NCBI GenBank assembly: GCA_002269645.1
Contig: NIVC01004173.1
Coordinates: 1 to 56,770 of the forward strand
Length of the DNA: 56,770 nucleotides
Source: Macrostomum lignano
Taxonomy: Eukaryota
Reading direction: 5' to 3'
In this document: positions 12,801-24,253 of the stretch, piece by piece
Numbering within the stretch: the stretch's first letter is position 1
How the letters are laid out: each line of letters begins with the position of its first letter
The notes under the pieces: generated by a model
Seen by the model: only the letters and a program-made list of their open reading frames with translations
Databases searched by the model: none
What the model was told of the DNA's origin: nothing
Translations under genes and position numbers: made by a program

Positions 12801-13928
12801 TGATGCTGCTCGGCAGGGAAGAGCAAAAGGTCGCGGCTCCCGACCGGTACTGGCCCCGGGTCGCCCACCATCACTAAACCCGAAAAATCACAACTCCGAA
12901 AAGCATTGTCCATCATAGGCTCGATATATCATAGCACCGAAAGTGCTAGCGGGTTTGTCGTTTGTGATATTTACGGTTTGTGATATTTCGGGTTTTTGAT
13001 ATTTCGGGTTTGTGATATTTCGGGTTTGTGATATTTCGAGTTTGTGATATTTCGGGTTTGTGATATTTCGGGTTTGTGATATTTCGGGTTTGTGATATTT
13101 CGGGTTTGTGATGCCCTCTGGCCCATTCTATGTAACCTCCAAAGACGCAGCCTCTGCATTGATAATAATCTTTTTAAGAAACAATTTTTTTATCTCCTTT
13201 TTTTTTAATCGCAGACAATCCGCAGCCTCGCCGACGCGTGCCGCGACCGCGACACTCAACTAATCGACATGGAGGAGCGAGCCGAGGCTGGCGACTCCGT
13301 GCAGTCCGAGCACAGCCTGCTCGGCGCCCAGGCCGAGTCACAGTCCCAGGAGCTAGTTGCTATGCGCACCGAGACATCCAACCAGCTAACCGAACTGGAC
13401 CGCCTGGCCGAGCTGGCCCGCCAGACCGCGCGCATCCACAGGCGGTTCCAGCGCCTGCTGCGCCAGTCGGAACGCGCCGTGTCTGACGCATTTTCAACTT
13501 TAACGCCGGACGAAGAGATGACAGAAGCTGAGGCGGTCATACTCCGTCGCAAAATGTTGGTGAGCCTGCTGGAACTGCTGCACATGGCGGCCAGGGTCGG
13601 CCTGGGCCCTGAACCGGCCAGTCTCGGCCGCGCTGGCCAGCCGGGCACGGTTGAGCGGAAACCGTTGCGAGCGTCGTCAGCTTCCGGCGGTGCGCCTTCG
13701 TCCGCTGGCAAACGCGGCAGCGGCGGCGGCCTGGTCAGCGAGCGCCTCAGCGAACTCGGCCTGGCCCCGGCAGCCGCCGCCACAAAGCGCAGCGGCGGAG
13801 GCGGCGGTGGCGTCTCCTCCCGGACGGAGTTCGTGGCCGAGAAGCTGGCCACCCAGCTGCCGCCAGGCGGCCTGCTGGAGCCGCTGATCCTTCGCCGCGG
13901 CCGTCCAGTGCCCGCTGGCATCTTCTAG
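6811..13928 (+). CDS. CFAP157: Cilia- and flagella-associated protein 157-like; exons 6811-7255 (alternative in-frame ATG 6790), 7636-8057, 13215-13928
   Basis: Exon 2 SKLTTLDEYRIQKEE...VNDVASEFRKVSNRQMAETTRKTIEEN resembles human GKLAALEEFRLQKEE...[27 protein letters not shown] (from memory); GT-AG sites join in phase 1 then phase 0; exon 3 TIRSLADAC matches IILMLTKKC. Confidence 0.85.
7310..7560. repeat. Degenerate ~27-bp repeat (TTGGCGCCCTCTTGAAATTCAT-like) in CFAP157 intron 1
   Basis: Recurrent GGCGCC plus GAAATTCA motifs. Confidence 0.6.
8251..8498. repeat. 19-bp tandem repeat AGTCAAATTGGTCACTGTT
   Basis: Unit starts at 8342 and 8361. Confidence 0.9.
8747..10987 (-). CDS. Divergent GSK3/shaggy-like kinase nested antisense in CFAP157 intron 2; exons ~10904-10537, [10144-9962 duplicated chimeric exon], 9383-8747; putative first exon 10987-10963
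   Basis: ASGTFGSVY, VALKRVLQDPRYKNREL, HR|DIKSPN, CDFGSAK, YISSRYYRAPELLFG, LDQLVAIIRVLGTPT, ALAHPFFDELR; phase-2 GT-AG intron at HR|D; 5' end needs a 1-bp correction. Confidence 0.88.
9490..9905. repeat. 27/28-bp minisatellite CCCAGATCC(C/T)CAGTTGCTGGGCCAGCCT in the kinase intron (shorter copy at ~10250-10480)
   Basis: Direct reading; explains ORFs 9444..9911, 9473..9991 and 9514..9876. Confidence 0.92.
11242..12005 (-). mobile_element. Second copy of the hAT-like element with a large CT-rich microsatellite
   Basis: Left end CAGGGGTCAGCAAACT; right end GTTGGCCAACCTCCG followed by CTCTAGTA (CTCTAGTT lies 2 bp left of the left end, so the TSD is imperfect); homologous to 2780-3096. Confidence 0.65.
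12865..13115. repeat. 16-bp tandem repeat TTTGTGATATTTCGGG with an inverted copy at the left end (MITE/foldback-like)
   Basis: Units at 13025 and 13041; CATCACTAAACCCGAAAAATCACAA at ~12870 is the inverted unit. Confidence 0.65.
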
Positions 13929-15120
13929 AGGAAGGACTACAGTAGATGGGCTTCTCGTTTAATTTTCTTGCAAAAAGCGCTTAGTCTACTTTCTTTTGGG
14001 CATATGAGCGCGCATGGCTATCTAAATTTATCTGAATTCTCCGTTAGAATTTCAAATTTCAGTAAGAGAAGAAAAGAAACAGATAAAGAGGCTGGATAAA
14101 TTAACCGACTTGATGTCGTTGTCGTCACAATGTACATTTTGGGGAAGACAATAAATTGGGGGTAGTTTTTTATTTCACCTCAGCGCGCAAATTTATTTAA
14201 CAAGACGCCAAACAGACGCCCAAATCGAAAGTAGTATTTTCTATTATTTGGCCTTGATGACTAAATTCCAACTGTAACACACTTCAATCCTGTTTGCTCC
14301 ATTGTTTCCAATGGTTTTCTTTTCATTTTTTTACAAAACTCTTAGACCTCCCGTCTCTCCGTGTGTCCGTCACGTTTCATTTTGCTTGCTTTTTTGTCGA
14401 CTTGTCCAAATGGGCCTTTTTTATTTTGTTATTTTCGTGTGAAAAAAATTCAAAAGTAACGAATTTGCTTGCGTCACTAAGATCAAGAGTGGAGGCTGTT
14501 ACGCGTATATATTCTAACGTATTTTGTTTTCGTATTTTTTACTCCGTCCTTTCTAACTATATTACTTCTATCATTCCGTTAAGTAGTACGTACGGTATGA
14601 TGCAGATGTATACTTTAATATGTGCTTGTCAGAGAGAGAACTGCCACATTCAAGCAGATTTCAAACTATAATTTGTCAATAATTTTGGGTTTTAAATGTC
14701 AGAAGCACCACCAGGTATAATAATTACAGTTTGCCTCACTGAAATGAATGCTTCATTCACTTTAATCACTGTCACGGAAAAATATAGCTGCATGCATGGA
14801 TGAGGCCCTGGAATATAATGGGAACACGATAACTGGCTGTGGCAATTTGATTGCTCCAAATTAACAGATAAACATAATAACCCTAACCTAAACCTTATCC
14901 TAAACTTGAGTTTATAAAACTCAACCTTAACTAAAGCCCTCAGCCCTAACCTAAAACCCAAACCCCAGCCTAAACCCCAACGCTCACCCTACTAACCTAA
15001 AGTGTCAATTGTCGTGGACCCAAAAATAATTTGTTTGCGTAATATCTATAATGGCGAATTACTTTTAGGCAGCCTAATTTTATTGACTCATTAATTTTTC
15101 AAATTTATCAATCTATAGAT

Positions 15121-16025
15121 TTATGACGCGGACAGAAAGTTGGTGTTAATCAAGTAGTGCTCGTAGCAGCAGGCCCTGACGATGCCCGACAGGCCTTCAA
15201 AGAATACCGACTGCGGATTCCTGTGCGAGTGCCAGACGCGAAAGCCGAGATCAAAGAGGCGCCGCCACACTCGCAGAAATTTCGCATAGTCCGAGCCTTG
15301 GCCGCGCATCTCGGCAGTGTGAGACTCGAACATCAGCTGCTTGACCCGCCTCAGGCAGCCTTCACTGATGGCCCGGTCAAGACTGTCCCACTCCCAGTAT
15401 TCGATGTCCACTTTGACGATGTCCACTTTGCCGTCACTGAAGCCGAGATCCGCGAACAGCTCGCACAGTGTGCGCATCCTCCAGCCTGAGCTCCCCTCGC
15501 TGCTCTTGTTGCCCCAGAGGCCCACCTGGTAGAACCAGGCGGACCGGCTTCGCTGGTGATCCGGCACCGGCATGCTGGGTCGAACATGTACACCTTGCAG
15601 CCGAACCGGCCCGACAGTTCGTCGTCGTAGCTCCAGACGTTGTTGATGCCGAACGAGAACGCCACGCAGGACTTGCCGATGTTGAAGGGCTCGCTGATGC
15701 AGACATCCCAGCCTCCATCCAGAGCGTCTCCAACTCGGACACTGGTTGGACAGGCGATCTGTAGCTCGTCAGTCACGTTGAAGTAAAGATTCTCAAGCTC
15801 AACAGCAGACAGCTGATTTAAGTTTATATTGCTTAGCGCGGGACCTTTGTGCGACCTCGGGGTCGGAGCTGCAGCTTTCGACTGGCCAACATTAATGTTT
15901 CCAATTCCTGCGATTCTGTGACTAATAGGAAAGTTGTTGAATATGCGAATGACAGCGACTGACAGAAGCAGCAGCAGCACTATTGCTGCAGAGAACAGCA
16001 ACTGAAAGCGTTGCACCAGAGGCAT
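15121..16025 (-). CDS. METTL24-like (Methyltransf_22/FkbM-related) membrane-anchored protein, intronless, 1-bp frameshift at ~15578
   Basis: N-terminal hydrophobic anchor; DGGWDVC...SFGINNVWSYDD...GCKVYMFDP, continuing in the other frame SMPVPDH...VDIVKVDIEYWEW...VKQLMFESH. Confidence 0.8.
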
Positions 16026-16489
16026 TTTCGAGTGAATGATAAATTTCAAAGAAAGCTTTCCGAATGATGCACTATTCAATCGAACGTATTTGTAGTGAAC
16101 AGGACTTGGATTTTTCACCTTGTTTATTCAGGCAACGTGGTATCCCAGAGCCTATAATGACCTGAAACCAAATAACTTCTCAAACCCGATCCATTTACGA
16201 GCTAAATTGGAAATTGAATAAATAAGATCGCAAATGAATTGTCAGTGGTACAGCTGAGAACATAATCGTTAGAATCCTGCTTTTTCTTTTGACTTTTGCC
16301 GTTGCAACGTAAGTGATATGGCGCCTGCATGAGTATGTAACGTGAACAGAGTGTTGGAATTACGAGCATAGTACTCGTAGTAGCAGTCTATACGGTATAT
16401 TCTGCACTGGATTATTTGAAGTAATGGATTTTAGATATATTTAGACGGCAAACTTTCTAAGGACACAGGGCACTAACTTAATTAGGCAA

Positions 16490-17160
16490 CAGACTAGCTA
16501 TCTGAGAGGACATGACCTCAGACAAATTTATGCAACAGGCTATCTGAGGACATATGACCTGAGAGACAAATTTATGCTACAGGCTATCTGAGGACATGAC
16601 CTCAGAGACAAATTTACGCTACAGGCTATCTGAGGACATGACCTCAGAGACAAATTTATGCTACAGGCTATCTGAGGACATGACCTCAGAGACAAATTTA
16701 TGCAACAGGCTATCTGAGGACATATGACCTGAGAGACAAATTTATGCTACAGGCTATCTGAGGACATGACCTCAGAGACAAATTTATGCTACAGGCTATC
16801 TGAGGACATGACCTCAGAGACAAATTTATGCAACAGGCTATCTGCATGAGGACATGACCTCAGAGACAAATTTATTCTACAGGCTATCTGAGGACATGAC
16901 CTCAGAGACAAATTTATGCAACAGGCTATCTGCATGAGGACATGACCTCAGAGACAAATTTATGCAACAGGCTATCTGAGGACATGACCTCAGAGACAAT
17001 TTATGCAACAGGCTATCTGAGGACATGACCTCAGAGACAATTTATGCAACAGGCTATCTGAGGACATGACCTCAGAGACAATTTATGCAACAGGCTATCT
17101 GAGGACATGACCTCAGAGACAAATTTATGCAACAGGCTATCTGAGGACATGACCTCAGAC
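16490..17160. repeat. 42-bp tandem minisatellite with internal inverted repeat CTGAGG-ACATGA-CCTCAG
   Basis: Units at 16581 and 16623. Confidence 0.93.
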
Positions 17161-17341
17161 AACCAATGCAGTCAACAAATTTTGTCAGAAAAAATATTTG
17201 AAGACACGGAAAAGCAAATGCAAAGGCATGTACATTCTCTTCGCCTTGAATTTGTTAATCGCAAGATATCCCTTACCACTGAGCGGCTCTGCCCCTGTCA
17301 AATGGGGTTTTACCGTAGACAATACGAGTAGTAATAATACT

Positions 17342-17434
17342 ATAATTGATTACACCTGCCCTAGTTGCAGGGCCAGATGTGCAACCAACAGCTCAGCCGC
17401 AGCTATTGCGCGGCGCATCTTGAAGGCTGCGTAC
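17342..17434 (-). mobile_element. 5'-truncated SINE (3' tail only)
   Basis: Reverse complement matches ~24170-24253. Confidence 0.7.
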
Positions 17435-18989
17435 ACTGTCACAATCTAAGGCCTTGATTTCACTGTACATATGAAGGTGATCCGACACACCATTATCTAC
17501 ATGTATTTATAGAGCTATTATCTGTATGGAGTACATGTGAAATAATGCAACGCAAAGCATTATTAGATTTTGCAATAAAACATAGACGAATCAGGAGACG
17601 CGGTGATACGCTTCTGAGAAAGCGCTGCTGCTGTCTTTCGCTAAATTCTCCTCATGGAATCTGTGCCTTACAATCGCGGCTGATGAAGAACGCGCGTGTC
17701 TCAATAATTCAAATTCTTATAAATCATTTGTCTACAATATTTTTTTAGATTACATGCATGACCGCATTTTTTGCATTTTGCAATTTTTGTTGTGAGTACA
17801 GCCGAAATAAGCTGTATATGTACATGTACATGTAAGTCATATGCAGCTGTATGCATGGCCGTACCCTCATCAAAACCAGCCATCCAACCATATCCCGGAG
17901 CGATCCAAAAATACTTGTGGTTTTTATATATTCCTTGCCCACAGGTGAGTTAATTAGTCGGCCAAAGTGGCGACAAAGGACCACTAGACTTTCCGGAATA
18001 ACTTCTACATGTAGGGTGGTCCTTGATGGCGGCGACTAAATGGACATATCGAAGAAAAGAAAGTTGATGGCTCCATCATGTAGAGATTTTTTATTCGGGA
18101 CTATATAATACTGCACATTTAATCGAAAACAAATGCAACAAACAAATGAGGGCTCCAAACGGTGCAGCTGACTGCGTAGTAGCAAACTATATAGCTTAGA
18201 GTAGCTTAGATGAGAGACTATATAGCTTATCCATTATGCTGCTAATGTACATGTTAACATATTGTAACATGTACATGTACATAATTTTCAGTCAGGCTGC
18301 AGTTTTTTGTTTTAGATCCGGTACTTAGATCCGCCGTACTTATATTTATTCAGCGTTTTCTCTTGTCGAAAATCACGTAACTATACCTAGATGAAATATT
18401 ATAACGGTACAAGTATTTCCTAAAGTAACGTGAGTTGCGTGGTTAGCTAAGGAACACAATTTTTTTCAAATGTCAAGTATACACATGTATGTTTTTGCAT
18501 TTTTTTGGACGGCAAATTATATTCGACTTTATAATAATTATTATATTAGAATTTATTTTAGATTTTAGTTACTTTTTGTTAAATCTACTGACTAAAATAT
18601 TTTTGAATTCATAATTATCCTAGAAACTGATCTACATTCAGCAGTAAGACTTTGAAAAGCTTTCACGGAAGTTCAGAAAATAATACACTCGTGGCACATT
18701 CAAAACTCGAAACATGGTGCGAATTCAGGACTCAAATATTTATTTTAAATCAAATTCAATATAATAGATTTCATAGCATTACGAGTCTACTTTAGTTAGT
18801 GACTATTGACGTTAAGGTACCATTTACTGTATGTCTTGAATTGTGGCTTGTAAAAATTAGTAAAAGACATAGTCATGAATGCAAGTTACTATTTTTGTTT
18901 AAAAACGTTTTAGAAAAATATTCATAATACTTTGCTCCTGCATTGTGTAACGAACTGAATACCGTGGAGCCTGTTTTTGAGGTAAGGTA

Positions 18990-20216
18990 GCACGCTTTAG
19001 CAGGCAGAGAAATACAAAAGTTAAAATCAACATAGATTATAATTAATTCTTTCTACCGACGCGTTTTGGACCAACAATGGCCATCTTCAGGGTCTGGTGT
19101 ATTTTTAACTCACACAACAACTTTATAAGTGAACAAATGTTAACTGTACAGTCCAAAAAGCAAGTCATGGGCAGAATTTTCCAAAAATGTTAAGCATAGA
19201 TTGCAAGTACATTGTTCAGACTTGTGCCTTTACTTAGAATACCTTGAGCAAATGGCCCGCACCACTATGGGAGAGCTGAATATTCAGATTAGGTTTTTGG
19301 TCTTTAATGTACATGGATTCAAGTATGTTGAGCCTAAAATCAGTTTTACACCGATCAATAATTTTAAATTGCTGAGTTTGCTCAATTTCGCAACAACTGT
19401 TGCAACAGAGCAGGTGGTCTTGGATAGCCGACCTTTTCAACCAATGCTCTCTGACTCTGGTGTACAGGTGCCTTTTAGTTTTACCTATATAGGTAATGTT
19501 CTGGTCAACAGAACAAGAGAACTTATACACAACACCTGCCGCCAGAGCAAGAGGAACATGGGATTTCAGTCTACTAACGTATTGGCCAACCTTAGTAGTG
19601 CGGAAAACAATCTTAATAGGGGTGTTAAAGAATTTACGGAAGCTTTCTCAATTTTCTTCTTCAACAGGTTAGAGCAGTTGCCATAGAAAGGCAAGACCAT
19701 GGTCGGGCAAGTTTTTAACACATCTTTATCAGAAGCAAAACTCGGTTTGTTCGTCATTTTATTAGAGATGAATCTATTGATTTCACTACAAATGACATTC
19801 TTGGGAAATTGATTCATTCTCAGAATTTTGGTGAGATTGTTAACTTCAGTGTTGAAATTGGTCCAAGAGCTGCAAACCGTGTAGGCCCTGTGCAACAAAC
19901 AACGAATCAGGCCAACTTTCCACTGTCTGGGACACACAGCTCCAAAATTAAGCATCAAGTTCGTGAAAGTGGGCTTGCGGTAAACTTTAGTGGAAACCGA
20001 ATTACTGTGGATGTCAACGTCAACATCAAGGAAAGGGAGTTTCTTGTCACCAACTTCAACCGTGAACTGGATGTTTTTGTGAGTGGAGTTCAGAGCAGCA
20101 AGAAACTCTTCATGATCCGATCCCCCTTTGAAAATGGCAAAGGTGTCATCAACGTAGCGCTTGTAGAATCTAGGAGCACATTGCAGGGTCAAATTTAGCA
20201 AGAAAGTCATTCTAAA
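18990..20216 (-). mobile_element. 5'-truncated Penelope-like retroelement: RT C-terminal half plus GIY-YIG endonuclease, 1-bp frameshift at ~19620
   Basis: YKRYVDDTF...IQFTVE...LPFLDV...VYRKPTFT; then TTKVGQY...VVYKFSC...YIGKTKRHLYTRVREH...LESMYIKDQKPNLN; stop at 19234. Confidence 0.92.
19047..19100 (-). ncRNA. Degenerate type I hammerhead-like motif in the Penelope 3' region
   Basis: Minus strand ACC-CTGAAGA-TGGCCATTGTTGGTC-CAAAACGCGTC-GGT: CUGANGA core, stem II, ACGCGT palindrome, GUC site; the GAAA box is altered. Confidence 0.6.
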
Positions 20217-21167
20217 AAAACAGGGTCCTGTTTTTGAATTCTCAGCCGAAAGTGCCAAATCAGAGCAGCAATCTCATGACTCATGAGTGAATCATTGACA
20301 ATTTATTATATATTAATTAATATTGTTCGTTAAAACAAAACTATATTATAAAACAATTACGCAACATTACATAAATAAATACAGTAGAAAGTACAATAAA
20401 AGAGAAATACTATAGAAATACTATAATATAAATATAGCAGAGATAAAGTAAATACAAAATTCTTTACTTTTAGATTAGATACGCAGATATATTACAATTG
20501 CAAAAGTTATTCTCTTTTAGATTCTATTCTAATCTAACATCTACTCTAGTCTAGTCTACTCATCAAGCATTTTGTAGTTTTAGAGCATTTTTGAAACCAT
20601 TCTATTGAAAAAAATTATGAAACTTACTTTTGGAGACTCTGCATTGAAATATATTCAGATTTATAATAACAAGTCTTAAACTATTCTTGAATAAGGCAAA
20701 GTTTATATATTTGGTTATTTTCAAGTATTTAACTATTTTAAAATACTTTATAATTTATTTTAGAATAAAACATAACTCATTAAAAGACTCATGCATGAGA
20801 AGACTTCTATGATTACAATGTCTTTCTATCAGAGAAATAGACTTATTATAGTCTTTGACATTGAGTTATAGTTGAGTTGACAAATATTTATAGACTATCA
20901 TATTGTTAGTTCTTTCTACCTTTCTATTCCTATGAAATCAAGGTATTCCCATGGGAATTCCTGTTTAGAAACTTTACCCTCCTTAAAAACTCTCATGTTA
21001 ATAATGATAGGTTTTAGATATAGCTATGAATTTGGATATTGTAGAATCTGATAAAAAAAATTGAATTTAGCAAGAAAGTCATTCTAAAGGCACAACACTG
21101 ATTACACTGTAAGAACAGCATGCAAGTCTATAAATAATTAGATTCGAAATTCTACTTTCAGATCGAG

Positions 21168-23795
21168 ATGCCTCTGATGTATGACCGACCGAAAATGTCT
21201 CAGGCGATGTACCAATCGCTGAAGCGGCACATCGTCCGCCAGCGCAAGAAGGACGCCGACATGAAAATGCTTGACGCCACCAATCAGCGGCTGCGAGCAG
21301 AGCGGGAGGAACTCCGCAGGCAGACGCTGCAGTCGTTGAGAAAGACCAAAGATGAGGTTGGGAGCCTGCAAGCTTTTAATTTGTCATTCTAAGAGAATTT
21401 GGGAAGGTGAGCAACTGAATATCTGGGAGGCTGGCCCAGAAACTGAGGACTGGAAGGTGACCCAAAAAATGAGGATCTGGGAGGCTGGCCCAGAAACTGA
21501 GGACTGGAAGGTGACCCAAAAAATGAGGATCTGGGAGGCTGGCCCAGAAACTGAGGACTGGAAGGTGACCCAAAAAATGAGGATCTGGGAGGCTGGCCCA
21601 GAAACTGAGGACTGGAAGGTGACCCAAAAAATGAGGATCTGGGAGGCTGGCCCAGAAACTGAGGACTGGAAGGTGACCCAAAAAATGAGGATCTGGGAGG
21701 CTGGCCCAGAAACTGAGGACTGGAAGGTGACCCAAAAAATGAGGATCTGGGAGGCTGGCCCAGAAACTGAGGACTGGAAGGTGACCCAAAAAATGAGGAT
21801 CTGGGAGGCTGGCCCAGAAACTGAGGACTGGAAGGTGACCCAAAAAATGAGGATCTGGGAGGCTGGCCCAGAAACTGAGGACTGGAAGGTGACCCAAAAA
21901 ATGAGGATCTGGGAGGCTGGCCCAGAAACTGAGGACTGGAAGGTGACCCAAAAAATGAGGATCTGGGAGGCTGGCCCAGAAACTGAGGACTGGAAGGTGA
22001 CCCAAAAAATGAGGATCTGGGAGGCTGGCCCAGAAACTGAGGACTGGAAGGTGACCCAAAAAATGAGGATCTGGGAGGCTGGCCCAGAAACTGAGGACTG
22101 GAAGGTGACCCAACAACTGGGGATCTAGGAGGCTGGCCTAGCAACTGAGTATCTGGGAGGCTGGCCCAACAACTGAGGATCTGAGAGGCTGGCCCAGCAA
22201 CTGAGGATCTGGGAGGCTGGCCCAGCAACTGACACTTTGGGAGGCTGGCCGAGCAACTGACACTCTGGGAGGCTGGCCCAGCAACTGACAGTCTGGGAGG
22301 CTGACTCAGCAACTGACACTCTGGGAGGCTGGCCCAGCAACTGGGGATCTGGGAGGCTGGCCCAGAAACTGAGGACTGGAAGGTGACCCAAAAAATGAGG
22401 ATCTGGGAGGCTGGCCCAGAAACTGAGGACTGGAAGGTGACCCAAAAAATGAGGATCTGGGAGGCTGGCCCAGAAACTGAGGACTGGAAGGTGACCCAAA
22501 AAATGAGGATCTGGGAGGCTGGCCCAGAAACTGAGGACTGGAAGGTGACCCAAAAAATGAGGATCTGGGAGGCTGGCCCAGAAACTGAGGACTGGAAGGT
22601 GACCCAAAAAATGAGGATCTGGGAGGCTGGCCCAGAAACTGAGGACTGGAAGGTGACCCAAAAAATGAGGATCTGGGAGGCTGGCCCAGAAACTGAGGAC
22701 TGGAAGGTGACCCAACAACTGGGGATCTAGGAGGCTGGCCTAGCAACTGAGTATCTGGGAGGCTGGCCCAACAACTGAGGATCTGAGAGGCTGGCCCAGC
22801 AACTGAGGATCTGGGAGGCTGACCCAGCAACTGACACTTTGGGAGGCTGGCCGAGCAACTGACACTCTGGGAGGCTGGCCCAGCAACTGACAGTCTGGGA
22901 GGCTGACTCAGCAACTGACACTCTGGGAGGCTGGCCCAGCAACTGGGGATCTGGGAGGCTGGCCCAGCAACTGACACTTTGGGAGGCTGGCCCAGCAACT
23001 GACACTCTGGGAGGCTGGCCCAGCAACTGACACTCTGGGAGGCTGGCCCAGCAACTGGGGATCTGGGAGGCTGGCCCAGCAACTGACACTCTGGGAGGCT
23101 GGCCGAGCAACTGACACTCTGGGAGGCTGACTCAGCAACTGACACTCTGGGAGGCTGGCCCAGCAACTGGGGATCTGGGAGGCTGGCCCAGCTACGGAGG
23201 ATTTGGGAGGGTGGCGGTAGCGTAGCCTGAGCATTCACCTCTGGCCCAACACCACGTGTCCTGTACCCGCTGAAAGGTAGAGCGACTCCAAGGCCGCCTC
23301 GAAAAACTGCGCAAAGAGAAGAGCAAGCTGTTCAGCCGCTTCAAGGAGGTCTTTGCCGAAGAGTCAGTCCAGAAGGAGCGCCAGAAGGAGGTGCAGAGCC
23401 ACTTGCCACACCTGCAGCAGCAATTCCAGCAGCAGCAGCAGCAGACAAGCCTTTACCTGCAAGATATGCGGCACAGCCAGCCTCCGCCAGCTTCATCTTC
23501 GACCAGGTTGGGTAAGCGGGCAGCCCGCAGTCCGAGCCCCGTGGCAGGCGTTCGTCAGGCGAAAGCCGCCGCGAATACAGCCGTGTTCTCTCAGCAGCAT
23601 TCTTCGGCATTAAAATCGGCCACTACCGGACATCTGCAGCATCCGCTGTCGGCCTCCTATAGGGGCTCCATCACTACTGGACAGTCGGCTCAGCAGATGC
23701 AGTTTCAGATGCAGCAGCAGCCGCAGCAGCGCCATTACGGAGCACCGGCTTACCCCCCAGGCTACGGCGGTGACGGTTTCAAGCATCCTTTTTGA
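21168..23795 (+). CDS. GPS2: G protein pathway suppressor 2-like; exons 21168-21356 and 23277-23795
   Basis: MPLMYDRPKMSQAMYQSLKRHI resembles human MPALLERPKLSNAMARALHRHI; phase-0 splice gives KTKDE|VERLQGRLEKLRKEKSKLFSRFKEVF; Gln/Pro-rich tail. Confidence 0.88.
21410..23215. repeat. Intron-filling minisatellite with a 54-bp dimeric unit and a 600-bp higher-order duplication
   Basis: Translates as (MRIWEAGPETEDWKVTQK)n; block ~22107-22360 recurs at ~22707-22960. Confidence 0.95.
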
Positions 23796-23955
23796 CGATT
23801 AAAATGAGGCTTCAAGCTAATAAGTAGCTGTTGAGAACTTTTTTGATTTTTTATTAGAATTCATTGAAATCCTGAGCATGTCCGGGCGATATGTAGCGAA
23901 ATCGAATAAAATCTAATAAGTGAAATAATTAGTATATTAGAATAATTTGGTAACA

Positions 23956-24253
23956 GGGGGTTATAGCCCAGTGATTAGAGCGTCGGAATTACGATTGAAA
24001 GGTCGGGGGTTCGATTCCCGACCCACTCGGAACAATTTGTGTCCTTGAGCAAGACACTTAACTCTGCATTGCTTCAGTTCACCCAACTGTAAAATGGGTG
24101 CCAGCATTAGCTGGGGTAATTGAGGCTGTGTGTGGCGATCCCCCAGTCCTTGGACTGAACAGCCGTACGCAGCCTTCAGATGCGCCGCGCAATGGCTGCG
24201 GCTGAGCTATCAGTTGCACATCTGGCCCAATTGGGGCAGGTGTAATCAATTAT
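23956..24253 (+). mobile_element. tRNA-derived CORE-type SINE
   Basis: A box TAGCCCAGTGATTAG, B box GGTTCGATTCC; GTGTCCTTGAGCAAGACACTTAAC...CTGTAAAATGGG resembles the MIR CORE; two further copies in the window. Confidence 0.85.

Noticed and set aside
13256-13921. 221-aa antisense ORF over CFAP157 exon 3, and many antisense ORFs over gag-pol
   Set aside because: Shadow ORFs expected from GC-rich coding DNA
14870-15000. Interstitial telomere
   Set aside because: Only a short, highly degenerate CCTAA/CCCAA tract
21352-23238. Long repetitive ORFs and a CRISPR-like regular array
   Set aside because: Head-to-tail units with no unique spacers, inside a eukaryotic intron; the ORFs are translations of the satellite
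23956-24030. tRNA gene
   Set aside because: Cloverleaf degenerate, and it continues into the CORE and tail shared with other dispersed copies, so it is a SINE head
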